This document shows, piece by piece, positions 9,314-19,722 of a DNA stretch of 53,498 bases. The notes under the pieces were generated by a model. The model had not been told where the DNA came from. It saw only the letters and a list, made by a program, of their open reading frames with translations, and ran no database searches. Position 1 is the stretch's first letter, and each line of letters opens with the position of its first letter. The stretch is from Woeseiaceae bacterium (GTDB lineage: Bacteria; Pseudomonadota; Gammaproteobacteria; Steroidobacterales; Woeseiaceae). Location of the stretch: positions 1 to 53,498 of the forward strand of contig JARRMH010000001.1 of NCBI GenBank assembly GCA_037386205.1, written 5' to 3'. Position numbers and translations under genes: made by a program.

Positions 9314-9351
9314 ATATATCGAACTGATACCATGCATCGCCCCGATATATA
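9313..9351. promoter_or_regulatory. 9-bp perfect inverted repeat TATATATCG-N21-CGATATATA upstream of padR (candidate operator/promoter)
   Basis: Read directly from sequence. It sits in an AT-rich island 30 nt upstream of the PadR start. Confidence 0.35.
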
Positions 9352-9380
9352 CAGGCAGCAGCGGCTGCCGGGTGTGCACC

Positions 9381-9923
9381 ATGGATGTAAAAACCGTTTG
9401 TCTCGGCATGCTGACCGAGGGTCCGGCCTCGGGCTACGACCTCAAGAAACAGTTCGAATCGACGTTTGGCCACTTTTTCGCGGCCGGTTACGGGTCGATC
9501 TACCCTGCCCTGTCGTCACTCGCTGACGAAGGCCTCGTCAGCTGCGAGGAGATCCCCCAGGACGGCAAGCCCGACCGCAAGGTCTACGAGATCACGCCAG
9601 CCGGACACGACTACCTGTGCGAGGCGCTGCGCGACCCCTGCCCCTGTCACAAGGTCCGCTCGGAATTCCTGGCAGCCATGTTCTTTGCCCACCTGATGCG
9701 CCCCGAGGACGTCGAGACCGTCCTCGAAAATCGCCTGGAAGACATCGCCCGTTACCAGGCGATGTTCCGGCAATTCGAGGTCGAAAACGCATCCGACTGG
9801 CCGGAAGGCAAGAAATTCGTGCTCGGATTCGGCAAGGCGATAGCCAGCGCCATGGAAGCCTACATTGCCGAGAATCGTCATCTCCTGGTGTCACAATCGA
9901 CGGCCAAAGCCGCCAACGGCTAA
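9381..9923 (+). CDS. PadR family transcriptional regulator
   Basis: PadR winged-helix pattern (GYDLKKQFE..GSIYPALSSLADEGLV..KVYEITPAG). ATG 9381 is preferred over GTG 9372. Confidence 0.85.
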   Translation: MDVKTVCLGMLTEGPASGYDLKKQFESTFGHFFAAGYGSIYPALSSLADEGLVSCEEIPQDGKPDRKVYEITPAGHDYLCEALRDPCPCHKVRSEFLAAMFFAHLMRPEDVETVLENRLEDIARYQAMFRQFEVENASDWPEGKKFVLGFGKAIASAMEAYIAENRHLLVSQSTAKAANG

Positions 9924-9936
9924 AGGAATCTGAGTC

Positions 9937-11073
9937 ATGCAACCCGGTTTTCTCCAACGCCATAAATCCTGGCTGCTGTCCGGCGTCATCGTTGTCGCCG
10001 TGACCCTGTGGGTCGTGTCCGGTCAACTCGGCGGGCGCGACGCGGAGGACGCGGACGCGGCCACCGCGCCGGCCACTGCAGCCGGGCCGCAAAAGGACGC
10101 CGTGCGGGTTCGCACCCAGTCCGCCGAGGAAGTCACGCGAACGATCGTGGTCAACGGCGAGACGGCCCCGGCGCGCGTCGTCGAGCTGGCCGCCGAGACC
10201 GATGGCCGCGTCGATTTTATCGGTGCGCAACGCGGGGCCAGCCTCGAGCGGGGCGACGTCATCGTCCGGCTCGACGAGCGTGACCGGGCCGCGCGCCTGG
10301 CCCAGGCCGAGGCAATCGTCAGGCAACGCGAAGTGGAATACGAGGCGCGCCAGCAACTGAAGGGCCAGAGTTACGTGTCGGAGGCCCAGCTGCAGGAAGC
10401 CGTCGCGATGCTCGAAACCGCGCGCGCCGAGCTCACCCGGGCGCGCCTCGATCTCGAGTATATGACCATTCGGGCGCCGTTCGCCGGCGCCTTGCAGTCG
10501 CGCCACGTGGAGATCGGCGATTTCGTGAAATCCGGCGACCGCATCGCGACCTATGTCGACAACCGGACCATCATTGTCAGCGCCAACGTGTCGGAGTTCG
10601 ATGCCGGCATGGTCGAGGTCGGTGAAATGGCCGAGGCCCGGCTGGCGACCGGCGAGACCCTGCAGGGTCGCATACGCTATGTCGCTCCGGTGGCCGACGA
10701 CGCAACCCGCACGTTCGCGGTCGAACTCGAAGTCGACAACACGGACGGCCGCCTGCGCGCGGGCGGCACCGCCGAGCTGCGCATCCCGGGTGAGGTCGTG
10801 CTCGCGCATCGTGTCGCGCCATCGCTGCTGACGCTCGATGATGCCGGCAACGTCGGCGTCAAGATCGTCAACGAGCAGGGCCGGGTCGAATTCGTCGTTG
10901 CCGACATCGCGCTGTCGTCCAATGACGGCGTCTGGCTGGCGGGGCTGCCTGAAACGGCGACGATCATTACGGTCGGCCAGGGTTACGTGACGCCCGGCAC
11001 ATCGGTAGCCGCGATACCGGAAAGCGCGGTCGAAACCGCCGTTGCGATCAAGGATGCCGGGGACGCCGACTGA
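9937..11073 (+). CDS. efflux RND transporter periplasmic adaptor subunit (MFP)
   Basis: HlyD/MFP architecture (lipoyl-like GDVIVRLDE, coiled coil, IRAPFAG, beta-barrel). TGATG overlap with the downstream permease. Confidence 0.9.
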   Translation: MQPGFLQRHKSWLLSGVIVVAVTLWVVSGQLGGRDAEDADAATAPATAAGPQKDAVRVRTQSAEEVTRTIVVNGETAPARVVELAAETDGRVDFIGAQRGASLERGDVIVRLDERDRAARLAQAEAIVRQREVEYEARQQLKGQSYVSEAQLQEAVAMLETARAELTRARLDLEYMTIRAPFAGALQSRHVEIGDFVKSGDRIATYVDNRTIIVSANVSEFDAGMVEVGEMAEARLATGETLQGRIRYVAPVADDATRTFAVELEVDNTDGRLRAGGTAELRIPGEVVLAHRVAPSLLTLDDAGNVGVKIVNEQGRVEFVVADIALSSNDGVWLAGLPETATIITVGQGYVTPGTSVAAIPESAVETAVAIKDAGDAD

Positions 11074-14000
11074 TGGGCCTGATCGAAACAGCAATGTCAC
11101 GGTCGCGCACCGTCGTATTGACGTTGCTGGTCGTCCTGGTCGGCGGGATCGTCGCGTACCTGACGATTCCCAAGGAAGCCGAGCCCGACATCGAAATTCC
11201 TATCATCTACGTCAGCATCGTGCACGAGGGGATTTCGCCCGAAGACGCGGAACGACTGCTGATCAGACCGATGGAACAGGAGCTGCGTTCGATCGAAGGG
11301 GTCAAGGAAATGATCGCGAACGCCTATGAAGGCGGCGCCAACGTTCAGCTCGAGTTCGATGCCGGGATCGATACGAAGCGCGCACTTCAGGACGTTCGCG
11401 AGAAGACCGATCTCGCGCAGGCCAAGTTGCCGAACGAGACCGAGGAGCCGACCGTCAACGAGGTCAAGATGTCACGCTTCGACCCGATGCTCGTTCTCAA
11501 CCTTGCGGGTGACGTTCCCGAGCGCACGCTGACGACGATCGCCCGGGACCTCAAGGATAAGCTCGAGGGTGTCAACGGGGTGCTCGAAGTCAACCTCGTC
11601 GGCACCCGCGAAGAACTCATGGAGGTCGTGGTCGACCCACTCGCAATGGAGAGTTATGGACTCGACCAGGCGCAGATCATTCAGTTCGTCAGCCGCAACA
11701 ACCGGCTGGTCGCGGCAGGCGCGCTGCACGCCAGCGAGGGGCGTTTCCCGGTCAAGGTACCGGGGGTATTCAAGAGCGCCGACGACGTTCTGAACCTGCC
11801 GATCAAGGCCGTCGGCGGGCGCGTCGTGCATTTCAAGGACATAGCCGAGGTACGCAGGACCTACAAGGACGCCGAGAGCGTGGCACGGCTCAATGGCAAA
11901 CCTGCGCTCGCGATCGAGGTCGTGCAGCGCGCCGGTGCCAATATTCTCGCCACGATCGACGAGGTCAAGCGCGTGGTCGAGGAGGAACGGGCGTACTGGC
12001 CGGGCGGCCTCGAGATCGTCGCCTCGCGGGACAAGTCGAAAGACGTCAACGACATGTTGACGGAACTGCAGAACAACGTGCTTGCGGCGGTGCTGCTCGT
12101 TTTCATCGTCATCATCGGCATACTCGGCATTCGGTCGGCCCTGCTGGTCGGTGTCGCGATCCCGGGCAGCTTCCTGCTCGGCATCCTGCTGATCGGTTCG
12201 TTCGGCGTGACGATCAACATGATGGTGCTGTTTGCTCTGATCATGGCCGTCGGCATGCTCGTCGACGGCGCCATCGTCGTCACTGAGATGGCCGATCGCC
12301 GCATGGCCGAGGGTGCCACCCGCCACGACGCGTACGCGCGCGCCGCAATCCGCATGGCCTGGCCGATCATCGCCTCGACCTGCACGACGCTGGCCGCGTT
12401 CGTGCCGCTGGCGCTGTGGCCCGGGATGACCGGCGAATTCATGAAGTACCTGCCGATCACACTCATCGCGGTGCTGTCGGCGTCGCTGTTCATGGCGCTG
12501 CTCTTCGTACCCACGCTGGGCGCCATCTTCGGCCGAACCGGCGCCGATTCCGACGCGGCACGGCGCAATCTCGCTGCCGCCGAGACCGGCGATCTCGATG
12601 ACGTGACGGGCTGGACAGGCAGGTACGTGCGCTTCCTGAAACGTTCACTGCACCGGCCCTGGGTCAACGTGGGCGCCGTGTCGGGGCTGCTGATCCTGAT
12701 CTACAGTGCGTTCTTCCTGTTTGGCAAGGGCGTCGAATATTTTCCCGACGTCGAACAGCCCTTCGGCATGGTCGACATTCGCGCGCGCGGCGACATGTCG
12801 ATCGAGGAACGTGACCGGCTCGTGCGCCAGGTCGAAGAGCGCCTGCTCGACATGCCCGAAATCGAGTTCCTCTACGCGAAGACGGGCAGCAGCGACCAGG
12901 CGGCCGAAGACCAGATCGGCTCGCTGACATTGAACTACATCGACTGGGACCAGCGCCGTCCCGCCGACGATATTCTGGCGGAGGTCCGCGAACGCACGCA
13001 GGACCTCGTCGGCATCCGGATCGAAACGCGCAAACCGGATCCCGGTCCGCCGATCGGCAAGCCCATTCGGATCGAGTTTTCCTCGCGTGTCCCCGACGCG
13101 CTCGAGGAGACGGTCGAGCGGGTGCGCGATTTCCTCGAGACGCACGACGAGGTCGTCAACATCGAAGACAGCCGGCCACTGCCGGGTATCGAGTGGCAGA
13201 TCAGGGTCGACCGCGCCGAAGCGGCGCGCTTCGGCGCGGACGTGTCGCTGGTCGGCTCGATGGTGCAGCTCGTCACCAATGGCATCAAGATCGGTGAATA
13301 CCGCCCCGATGACAGCGACGACGAAATCGAGACGAGCTGCGTATTCCCAGCGACCAGGGCCTCGTGCCGATCAGCACGTTCATCGAACGTGTTCCCGCGC
13401 AGCAGGTCGGTACGATCCGGCGCATCGACATGCACCGGACGCTGGCCATCGATGCCGACGTCGCCGCCGGCGTGCTCGTCGACGACGTGGTCAGGCAGCT
13501 TCTCACGGAGATTCCCGAGCTCGACCTCGATCCCCGTGTAAGCTGGTCATTCAGCGGCAGCACGGAAGACCAGCGCGAAGACATGGCCTTCCTCGAACGG
13601 GCCATGATGATGGCGCTCGCCATCATGGCCATTATCCTGGTCACGCAGTTCAACAGCATCTACCAGGCAGGCCTGATCCTTACGGCGGTGCTGTTTTCGA
13701 CGGGGGGCGTATTGCTCGGCCACCTCGTGATGGGCAAGCCATTCGGGGTCATCATGTCCAGCGTGGGCGTGATCACGCTGGCCGGCATCGTGGTGAACAA
13801 CAATATCGTGTTCATCGACACCTACAACGTGTTGCGCAGCCGCGGCGACAAAGCGTTCGATGCGGTCCTGCGCACCTGTGCCATTCGCCTGCGGCCGGTC
13901 CTCCTGACGACGGTGACGACGATCGTCGGCCTCTTGCCGATGGTGCTCGGCATCAACATCAACCTGATCGAGCGCGAGGTCTCGATCGGCGCTCCCAGCT

Positions 14001-14170
14001 CCCAGTGGTGGACCCAGCTGGCCTCCTCGGTTGCCGGTGGCCTGGCGTTCGCCACCGTTCTGACGCTGTTCCTGACGCCGAGCCTGCTGATGATCCAGGC
14101 CCGGGTGATCCAACGCTGGCGCCGGCGCCAAACCGGCCCCGCCACGCCCATCGACAGCGTAACTACTTGA
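11073..14170 (+). pseudogene. efflux RND permease disrupted by frameshift/internal deletion near 13326-13340
   Basis: The AcrB-family sequence reads in frame 0 up to ..YRPDDSDDEIE and then becomes nonsense. The homologous continuation DELRIPSDQGLVPISTF...TM7-12 is in the next frame, which is open from 13313. About 13 aa conserved in both paralogs are absent at the junction. Confidence 0.8.
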
Positions 14171-14282
14171 TTTTTATGGCTTCTGAAACTTTTCGCGCCT
14201 GTTGCAATCCAAACGCGTTACCGCGTGCATCTAAATAGCGAACCACAGGCGCTGCCCGTGAGACAAACAGTGAAATTACCGG

Positions 14283-14324
14283 TTGCGTTATACCCAACTA
14301 GTGTTATACTTCACTACAACACTA
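14283..14324 (+). promoter_or_regulatory. candidate sigma-70 promoter (TTGCGT-N16-TATACT) overlapped by inverted repeat TAGTGTT-N12-AACACTA
   Basis: Read directly in the AT-rich 173-nt gap upstream of the second efflux operon. The IR spans 14299-14324. Confidence 0.3.
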
Positions 14325-14343
14325 AAAAGCTGGTCCGAACGTC

Positions 14344-15420
14344 ATGAACACAGCAAAAACGATCATCGCAACAGCCGTCCTGGCCGCAGCGGCGCAGCTC
14401 GCAGGTTGCGGCAACGGCGAGGCGAGCGTCTCCGATCCGGAAGAAATCCGGGCCGCAACGCCCGTGCCGGTGCAGGTTGCCCAGCCGTTGCGCGAAGATA
14501 TCTTTGCGACCTACTCCGCCACCGCGACGCTGTCCTCGGATGCGGACGCCCCGGTCGTCGCGCGGGTCGGCGGCGACGTCGTCGCATTGCTTGCAGAGGA
14601 AGGGGACTACGTCGAGGAGGGCCAGGCACTGGCTCGTCTCGACGGTGAGCGGCTGCGTCTCGAGATGCTGGCTGCCCGGGCCAACCTCGACCAGGCGCGC
14701 AGCGAACTGGCCCGTCACCAGGATCTGCATGCGCGCGGCCTGATCAGCGCCTCGGCCTTCGATACCCTGCAGTTCGATCTCGAAGCCCTCGAAGCCACGT
14801 ACAAGCTCAGGAAGCTCGAATACGATTACGCAACCATCCGCGCGCCGATAGCCGGTTATGTAGCGGCACGGGAAATCAAGCCCGGGCAGTACCTGGCCGC
14901 CAATGACGTCGCATTCCGCATCACGGACACACGTGAATTGCTGGCTCATCTGCAAATCCCGCAGGCGCAGCTCGCGAAATTCGCCGCGGGGCACACCGTC
15001 ACTATCAAGGTTGCCTCGATGCCGGCCGCCACGTTCGATGCCAAGATTGCACGCATCAGCCCGACCATCGACACGCGCAACGGCACGTTCCGCGCCACAG
15101 CAACGATCGACAACAGTCACGGCAAACTCGCCCCGGGCATGTTCGGGCGGTTCACGATTGCCTACGAAAAACACGCCGATGCACTGGTCTTGCCGACCAG
15201 GGCGCTGATCGATGAAGACGACGAGAGCGCCGTTTATGTCGTCAATGACGGCGAAGTGCTGCGGCGTGTCGTCGAAACCGGCGTGGAAGCGGGCGGCAAG
15301 GTCGAGATCCTGGCTGGCCTGAGCGAGCAGGACGTCGTCGTCGTTATCGGTCACTCGGGCCTTCGTGACGGCAGCCGCGTGCTTGCCAGCAATGCCTTGC
15401 AGGACAACCTGACCGGCTGA
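14344..15420 (+). CDS. efflux RND adaptor subunit (MFP), lipoprotein, paralog 1
   Basis: Lipobox LAGC. MFP pattern (ALARLDGERLRLE.., IRAPIAGYV, GMFGRF). Confidence 0.9.
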   Translation: MNTAKTIIATAVLAAAAQLAGCGNGEASVSDPEEIRAATPVPVQVAQPLREDIFATYSATATLSSDADAPVVARVGGDVVALLAEEGDYVEEGQALARLDGERLRLEMLAARANLDQARSELARHQDLHARGLISASAFDTLQFDLEALEATYKLRKLEYDYATIRAPIAGYVAAREIKPGQYLAANDVAFRITDTRELLAHLQIPQAQLAKFAAGHTVTIKVASMPAATFDAKIARISPTIDTRNGTFRATATIDNSHGKLAPGMFGRFTIAYEKHADALVLPTRALIDEDDESAVYVVNDGEVLRRVVETGVEAGGKVEILAGLSEQDVVVVIGHSGLRDGSRVLASNALQDNLTG

Positions 15421-15469
15421 CGCGGACTGGCGCGGCGCGGCCGTTGGTGCGCGCTACTGGGGAGGATTC

Positions 15470-16510
15470 ATGAAGCTACATCGCATTGGCCCGGCGGCGT
15501 TCGCCTGTGTCCTGCTGCTGGGTGCGTGTCAGCCCGGCGAAGAGGCCGCGGAAGAAGACGGGGAGGACGTCGCTCCGGTTCCCGTCGAAACCAGTTTGCC
15601 CAAACGCGGCGACGTCTACGCCGTCTACTCCGGCACCGCTCCCATCGAAGCTTTTGCGGAAGCCGACGTCATCGCCAAGGTCGAGGGCGAGGTTCGCGAA
15701 ATCCTGTTCGAGGAGGGTGATGAAGTGAAAGAGGGCCAGGTCCTGGCCCGCCTGGACGGGGACCGCCTGCGTCTGGAGCTCAACGAATCGCGCGCGCGCT
15801 TGCAAAAGATGCGCAGTGACTTCGAGCGCAATGAGGAGCTGCGCGAGAAAAGCCTCATATCGGAAGGCGAATTTGAAAAGCTGCGCTACGACCTCGAGGC
15901 GCTCGAGGCAGCTTATAACCTCGCCAGCCTCGAACTCGACTACACGAAAATTCGCGCCCCGATCGACGGCGTCATTTCCGAACGTTACATCAAGGTCGGC
16001 AACACCATACGGGTGGGTGACCCGATGTTCCGCGTGACCAGTTTCGACCCGCTTGTCGCCTACCTGCACGTCCCCGAACGCGAGTACCGGCGGATCAGCC
16101 CGGGGCAGCCCGTGGCCATCGATATCGATGCGCTGGCCGGGCAGCGCATGTTGGCCTCGGTGACGCGCGTGAGCCCGGTTGTGGACCCGGATACGGGTAC
16201 CTTCAAGATCACGATCGAGATTCGCGACGAGCAGCGTCGCATCAAGCCCGGCATGTTCGGCCGCATGAACGTAGTCTACGACACCCACGAAAATGTGCTG
16301 CAGGTGCCGCGCAGTGCGATCGTCGAGGACATGGGCAATGAGACCGTGTTCGTCGTTGAAGACGGCAAAGCGGTGCGCCGCATCGTGCAGACGGGCTACG
16401 GCAACGAAGGCATGGTCGAAATCACCGAGGGACTGGACGAGACAGATGCGGTCGTCACGATCGGCCAGGCCGGACTGAAGCCTGACGCGACGGTCACGGT
16501 GGTCAACTGA
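15470..16510 (+). CDS. efflux RND adaptor subunit (MFP), lipoprotein, paralog 2
   Basis: Lipobox LGAC and a GGGGAGG SD. Collinear with paralog 1 (VLARLDGDRLRLE.., IRAPIDGVI, GMFGRM). TGATG overlap with the permease. Confidence 0.9.
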   Translation: MKLHRIGPAAFACVLLLGACQPGEEAAEEDGEDVAPVPVETSLPKRGDVYAVYSGTAPIEAFAEADVIAKVEGEVREILFEEGDEVKEGQVLARLDGDRLRLELNESRARLQKMRSDFERNEELREKSLISEGEFEKLRYDLEALEAAYNLASLELDYTKIRAPIDGVISERYIKVGNTIRVGDPMFRVTSFDPLVAYLHVPEREYRRISPGQPVAIDIDALAGQRMLASVTRVSPVVDPDTGTFKITIEIRDEQRRIKPGMFGRMNVVYDTHENVLQVPRSAIVEDMGNETVFVVEDGKAVRRIVQTGYGNEGMVEITEGLDETDAVVTIGQAGLKPDATVTVVN

Positions 16511-19500
16511 TGCGCCGCCTGATCGAGATCGCGACCGAACGGCGCGTAACAATCGTGATGTTCATGGTGGCAATCGTCCTGTTCGGTATGGTTTCGCTGT
16601 CCCGGCTCAAGCTGAATCTGCTGCCCGACATCTCGTATCCGACCCTGACGGTGCGCACGGAACTGACCGGCGCCGCGCCCGCCGAGGTGGAGAACCTGCT
16701 GACCAAGCCCATCGAAGAGGCTGTGGGCGTCGTGCGCAATGTGCGCGTCGTGCGCTCCGTGTCACGCTCGGGGCAGGCGGATGTCACCATCGAATTTCTC
16801 TGGGGCACTGACATGGACATCGCCGGTGTCGACGTGCGCGAGAAACTCGACATACTGGAGCTGCCACTGGAAGCGAGCCGGCCGATGTTGCTGCGCTTCG
16901 ACCCGTCGTCGGAACCGATCGTACGCCTCGGACTGCTCTACAAGGAGGATGCAGGCGAGGCATCGAGCGAGTCCCGGCTCAAGGCGTTGCGCAGGCTCGG
17001 CGAGGACCGCATCAAGACCGAACTCGAGGCACAGGAGGGTACCGCAGCCGTCAAGGTCAGCGGCGGCCTCGAGGACGAGATCCAGATTCGTGTCGATCAG
17101 CAGAAGCTGTCGCAGCTCCGGCTGAGCATCGACCAGATCGCCGACCGGATTCGGGCAGAGAACGTCAACTTGTCCGGCGGCCGTCTCGAAGAGGGTGACC
17201 AGCGCTTCCTCGTCCGCACCCTGAACGAATTCCAGACCGTCGACGAGTTCCGCGACGCGATTGTCGGCTACGTCGAAAATACGCCCGTGTACCTGCGCGA
17301 TGTCGCGATCGTCGAGCGAGGTTACAAGGAACGTGAGGCGATCACCCGGGTGCGCGGGCGCGAGTCGGTCGAGCTCGCCGTGTACAAGGAAGGCGATGCC
17401 AACACGGTCCAGGTCGCAGGCCGCGTGGATCGTCGCCTGGAGTCGTTGCGCGAATCGCTGCCCGAGGACATCGAGCTGGTGAAGATCTACGACCAGTCGA
17501 CCTTCATCTCGTCGGCCGTCAATGACGTGCGCATGGCAGCGATCCTCGGTGGCCTGATCGCGGTCCTCGTGCTGTATGGGTTCCTGCAGGATGCGCGTGC
17601 AACGACGATCGTGAGCATCGCGATTCCCGTATCCGTCATCGGCACGTTCCTCTTGATGTACACCAACGACATATCGCTCAACGTCATGTCGCTCGGCGGT
17701 ATAGCGCTGGCGGTCGGTATGCTGGTTGACAATTCGATCGTCGTGCTCGAGAACATCGTCCGCAAGAAGGAGCAGGGCGAAAGCCTCCTCGAAGCCGCGC
17801 GCAGCGGCACCACCGAGGTCGGCTCGGCCGTCGTCGCCGCGACGCTGACAACCATCGCCGTGTTCTTCCCGATGGTCTTTATCAGCGGCGTGGCCGGCGA
17901 GTTGTTCCGCGACCAGGCGCTGACGGTTACGTTTGCTTTGATCTTCTCCCTGATCGTCGCACTGACGCTGATCCCGATGCTTGCATCGCTCGGTACGCGC
18001 AGCCGCTATGACGAGGGCGGCGACGGCAGTCCCGCAGGCTGGTTCACGCGCGCCGTCGCGTTCGTCGTCCGCCTGTTCGGCTTCGCATTCATCGCCCTGC
18101 GCAAGCTGTTCTGGGTGATCCTGTGGATACCGACCTGGCTGTTGCAGCGTTTCTACGGTGCTATCGCGGCGGTCTACCCGGGATTGTTGCGCTGGTCGCT
18201 CAGGCACCGCGCCGCGGTGGTCATTGTCGCTGTCGCGATCTTCTTCGGCACGATGGCACTGGTACCGAGACTCGGCACCGAGCTCATCCCGCAATTCTCG
18301 CAGGGCGAGTTCAACGTCGATCTGCGCCTCGCGCCCGGGGCGACGCTGACGGAAACGGACCGCGCCATCCAGGTGGCGCAGGGTGCGACCCAGGACATCC
18401 AGTCGATCGAACTCGATTATTCGGTCGCCGGCACCGGCAACCGGCTCGATGCCAACCCCGTGGACGCCGGCGACAACACCGGAACCCTCAGCGTACAGAT
18501 GGCGCGGGGCGCCGGCCGCGCTGCCGAAACCCGGGCCATCGAAGCCATGCGCGACAAACTCGAATCGTTGCCGGGCGTGCAGTACGAGTTCACGCGGCCG
18601 GCACTGCTGTCGTTCGCGAGTCCGCTGCAGATCGAGGTGGCGGGCTATGATCTCGATGCGCTGGCACTGGTCAGCAACGCCATTGTGCAGCAGATGTCCG
18701 CTTCCGACCGGTTCTCCGATATCCGGACGACGGTCGAGCGCGGCAACCCCGAAATCCAGATCGTGTTCGACCAGGAGCGCGCTGCCAAGCTCGGCCTCGC
18801 GGTCCGCGATATTGCCGACCGCGTCGTCGCCAACGTGCGCGGCGAACTCGCGACACGGTATACGTGGCGTGACAAGAAAATCGACGTTCTGGTCCGCAGC
18901 GTGGACACGCGTGAATCGAGCATCGACGAGATCCGCCGCCTGATCGTGAACCCCAACTCGAGCCGGCCAGTGACCCTCGACGCCGTGGCGGACGTGAGCG
19001 TATCGCAGGGTCCGGCAGAGATCCGGCGTGTGGGCCAGGAGCGCGTTGCAATCATTACCGCAAATCTCGCCCACGGGGATCTCGGGGCAGCGGCCGCCGA
19101 GGCCGATGCCATCGTCAAGCGTACGCCGATGCCCGGTGGCGTGACGGCAATCGTGTCGGGGCAGAGCGAAGAGATGCAGGAATCGTTCGAGTCCATGAAG
19201 TTTGCGCTGCTGCTGGCCATCTTCCTCGTCTACCTCGTGATGGCATCGCAATTCGAGTCACTGATCCATCCGTTTGTGATCCTGTTCACTATTCCCCTGG
19301 CGCTGGTCGGCGCCGTACTCGGGCTGTACGTGACGGGAACGACGGTCAATATCGTCGCCCTGATCGGGGTGATCATGCTGGCCGGTATCGTCGTGAACAA
19401 TGCGATCGTGCTGGTCGACCTGATCAACCAGTTACGGGCCCAGGGCGCGGAACGCTCCGATGCCATCATCGAGGCCGGAACGGCACGGCTGCGACCGATC

Positions 19501-19722
19501 CTCATGACGTCGCTGACGACCGCCCTCGGGCTGCTGCCGATGGCAATGGGGTTCGGCGAGGGATCCGAGGTGCGTACGCCGATGGCAATTACCGTCATTG
19601 GCGGGTTGAGCGTATCGACGCTCCTGACACTCATCGTCATACCGGTCGTCTACTCGCTCATGGATCGTAAGCGCATCACCGCGCCTGCAGGTGAACCCAG
19701 GCCCGCGCAGGCAGAATCATGA
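16510..19722 (+). CDS. efflux RND permease (AcrB/AcrD/AcrF family), copy 1
   Basis: 1070 aa with 12-TM RND architecture and two large periplasmic loops. TM4 reads GMLVDNSIVVLEN and TM10 reads GIVVNNAIVLVD. Confidence 0.95.
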   Translation: MRRLIEIATERRVTIVMFMVAIVLFGMVSLSRLKLNLLPDISYPTLTVRTELTGAAPAEVENLLTKPIEEAVGVVRNVRVVRSVSRSGQADVTIEFLWGTDMDIAGVDVREKLDILELPLEASRPMLLRFDPSSEPIVRLGLLYKEDAGEASSESRLKALRRLGEDRIKTELEAQEGTAAVKVSGGLEDEIQIRVDQQKLSQLRLSIDQIADRIRAENVNLSGGRLEEGDQRFLVRTLNEFQTVDEFRDAIVGYVENTPVYLRDVAIVERGYKEREAITRVRGRESVELAVYKEGDANTVQVAGRVDRRLESLRESLPEDIELVKIYDQSTFISSAVNDVRMAAILGGLIAVLVLYGFLQDARATTIVSIAIPVSVIGTFLLMYTNDISLNVMSLGGIALAVGMLVDNSIVVLENIVRKKEQGESLLEAARSGTTEVGSAVVAATLTTIAVFFPMVFISGVAGELFRDQALTVTFALIFSLIVALTLIPMLASLGTRSRYDEGGDGSPAGWFTRAVAFVVRLFGFAFIALRKLFWVILWIPTWLLQRFYGAIAAVYPGLLRWSLRHRAAVVIVAVAIFFGTMALVPRLGTELIPQFSQGEFNVDLRLAPGATLTETDRAIQVAQGATQDIQSIELDYSVAGTGNRLDANPVDAGDNTGTLSVQMARGAGRAAETRAIEAMRDKLESLPGVQYEFTRPALLSFASPLQIEVAGYDLDALALVSNAIVQQMSASDRFSDIRTTVERGNPEIQIVFDQERAAKLGLAVRDIADRVVANVRGELATRYTWRDKKIDVLVRSVDTRESSIDEIRRLIVNPNSSRPVTLDAVADVSVSQGPAEIRRVGQERVAIITANLAHGDLGAAAAEADAIVKRTPMPGGVTAIVSGQSEEMQESFESMKFALLLAIFLVYLVMASQFESLIHPFVILFTIPLALVGAVLGLYVTGTTVNIVALIGVIMLAGIVVNNAIVLVDLINQLRAQGAERSDAIIEAGTARLRPILMTSLTTALGLLPMAMGFGEGSEVRTPMAITVIGGLSVSTLLTLIVIPVVYSLMDRKRITAPAGEPRPAQAES

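Noticed and set aside
16762-19251. Very long antisense ORFs: 829 aa here, plus 9592..11100 (502 aa), 38016..39473 (485 aa), 33807..35132 (441 aa), 20817..22034 (405 aa) and 50905..52443 (512 aa).
   Set aside because: Each is fully embedded opposite a gene with strong, collinear family motifs. Their translations are low-complexity and rich in R/G/D/H/A, with no recognisable domains. High-GC third-position bias removes stop codons from the antisense frame, so length alone is not evidence of coding.
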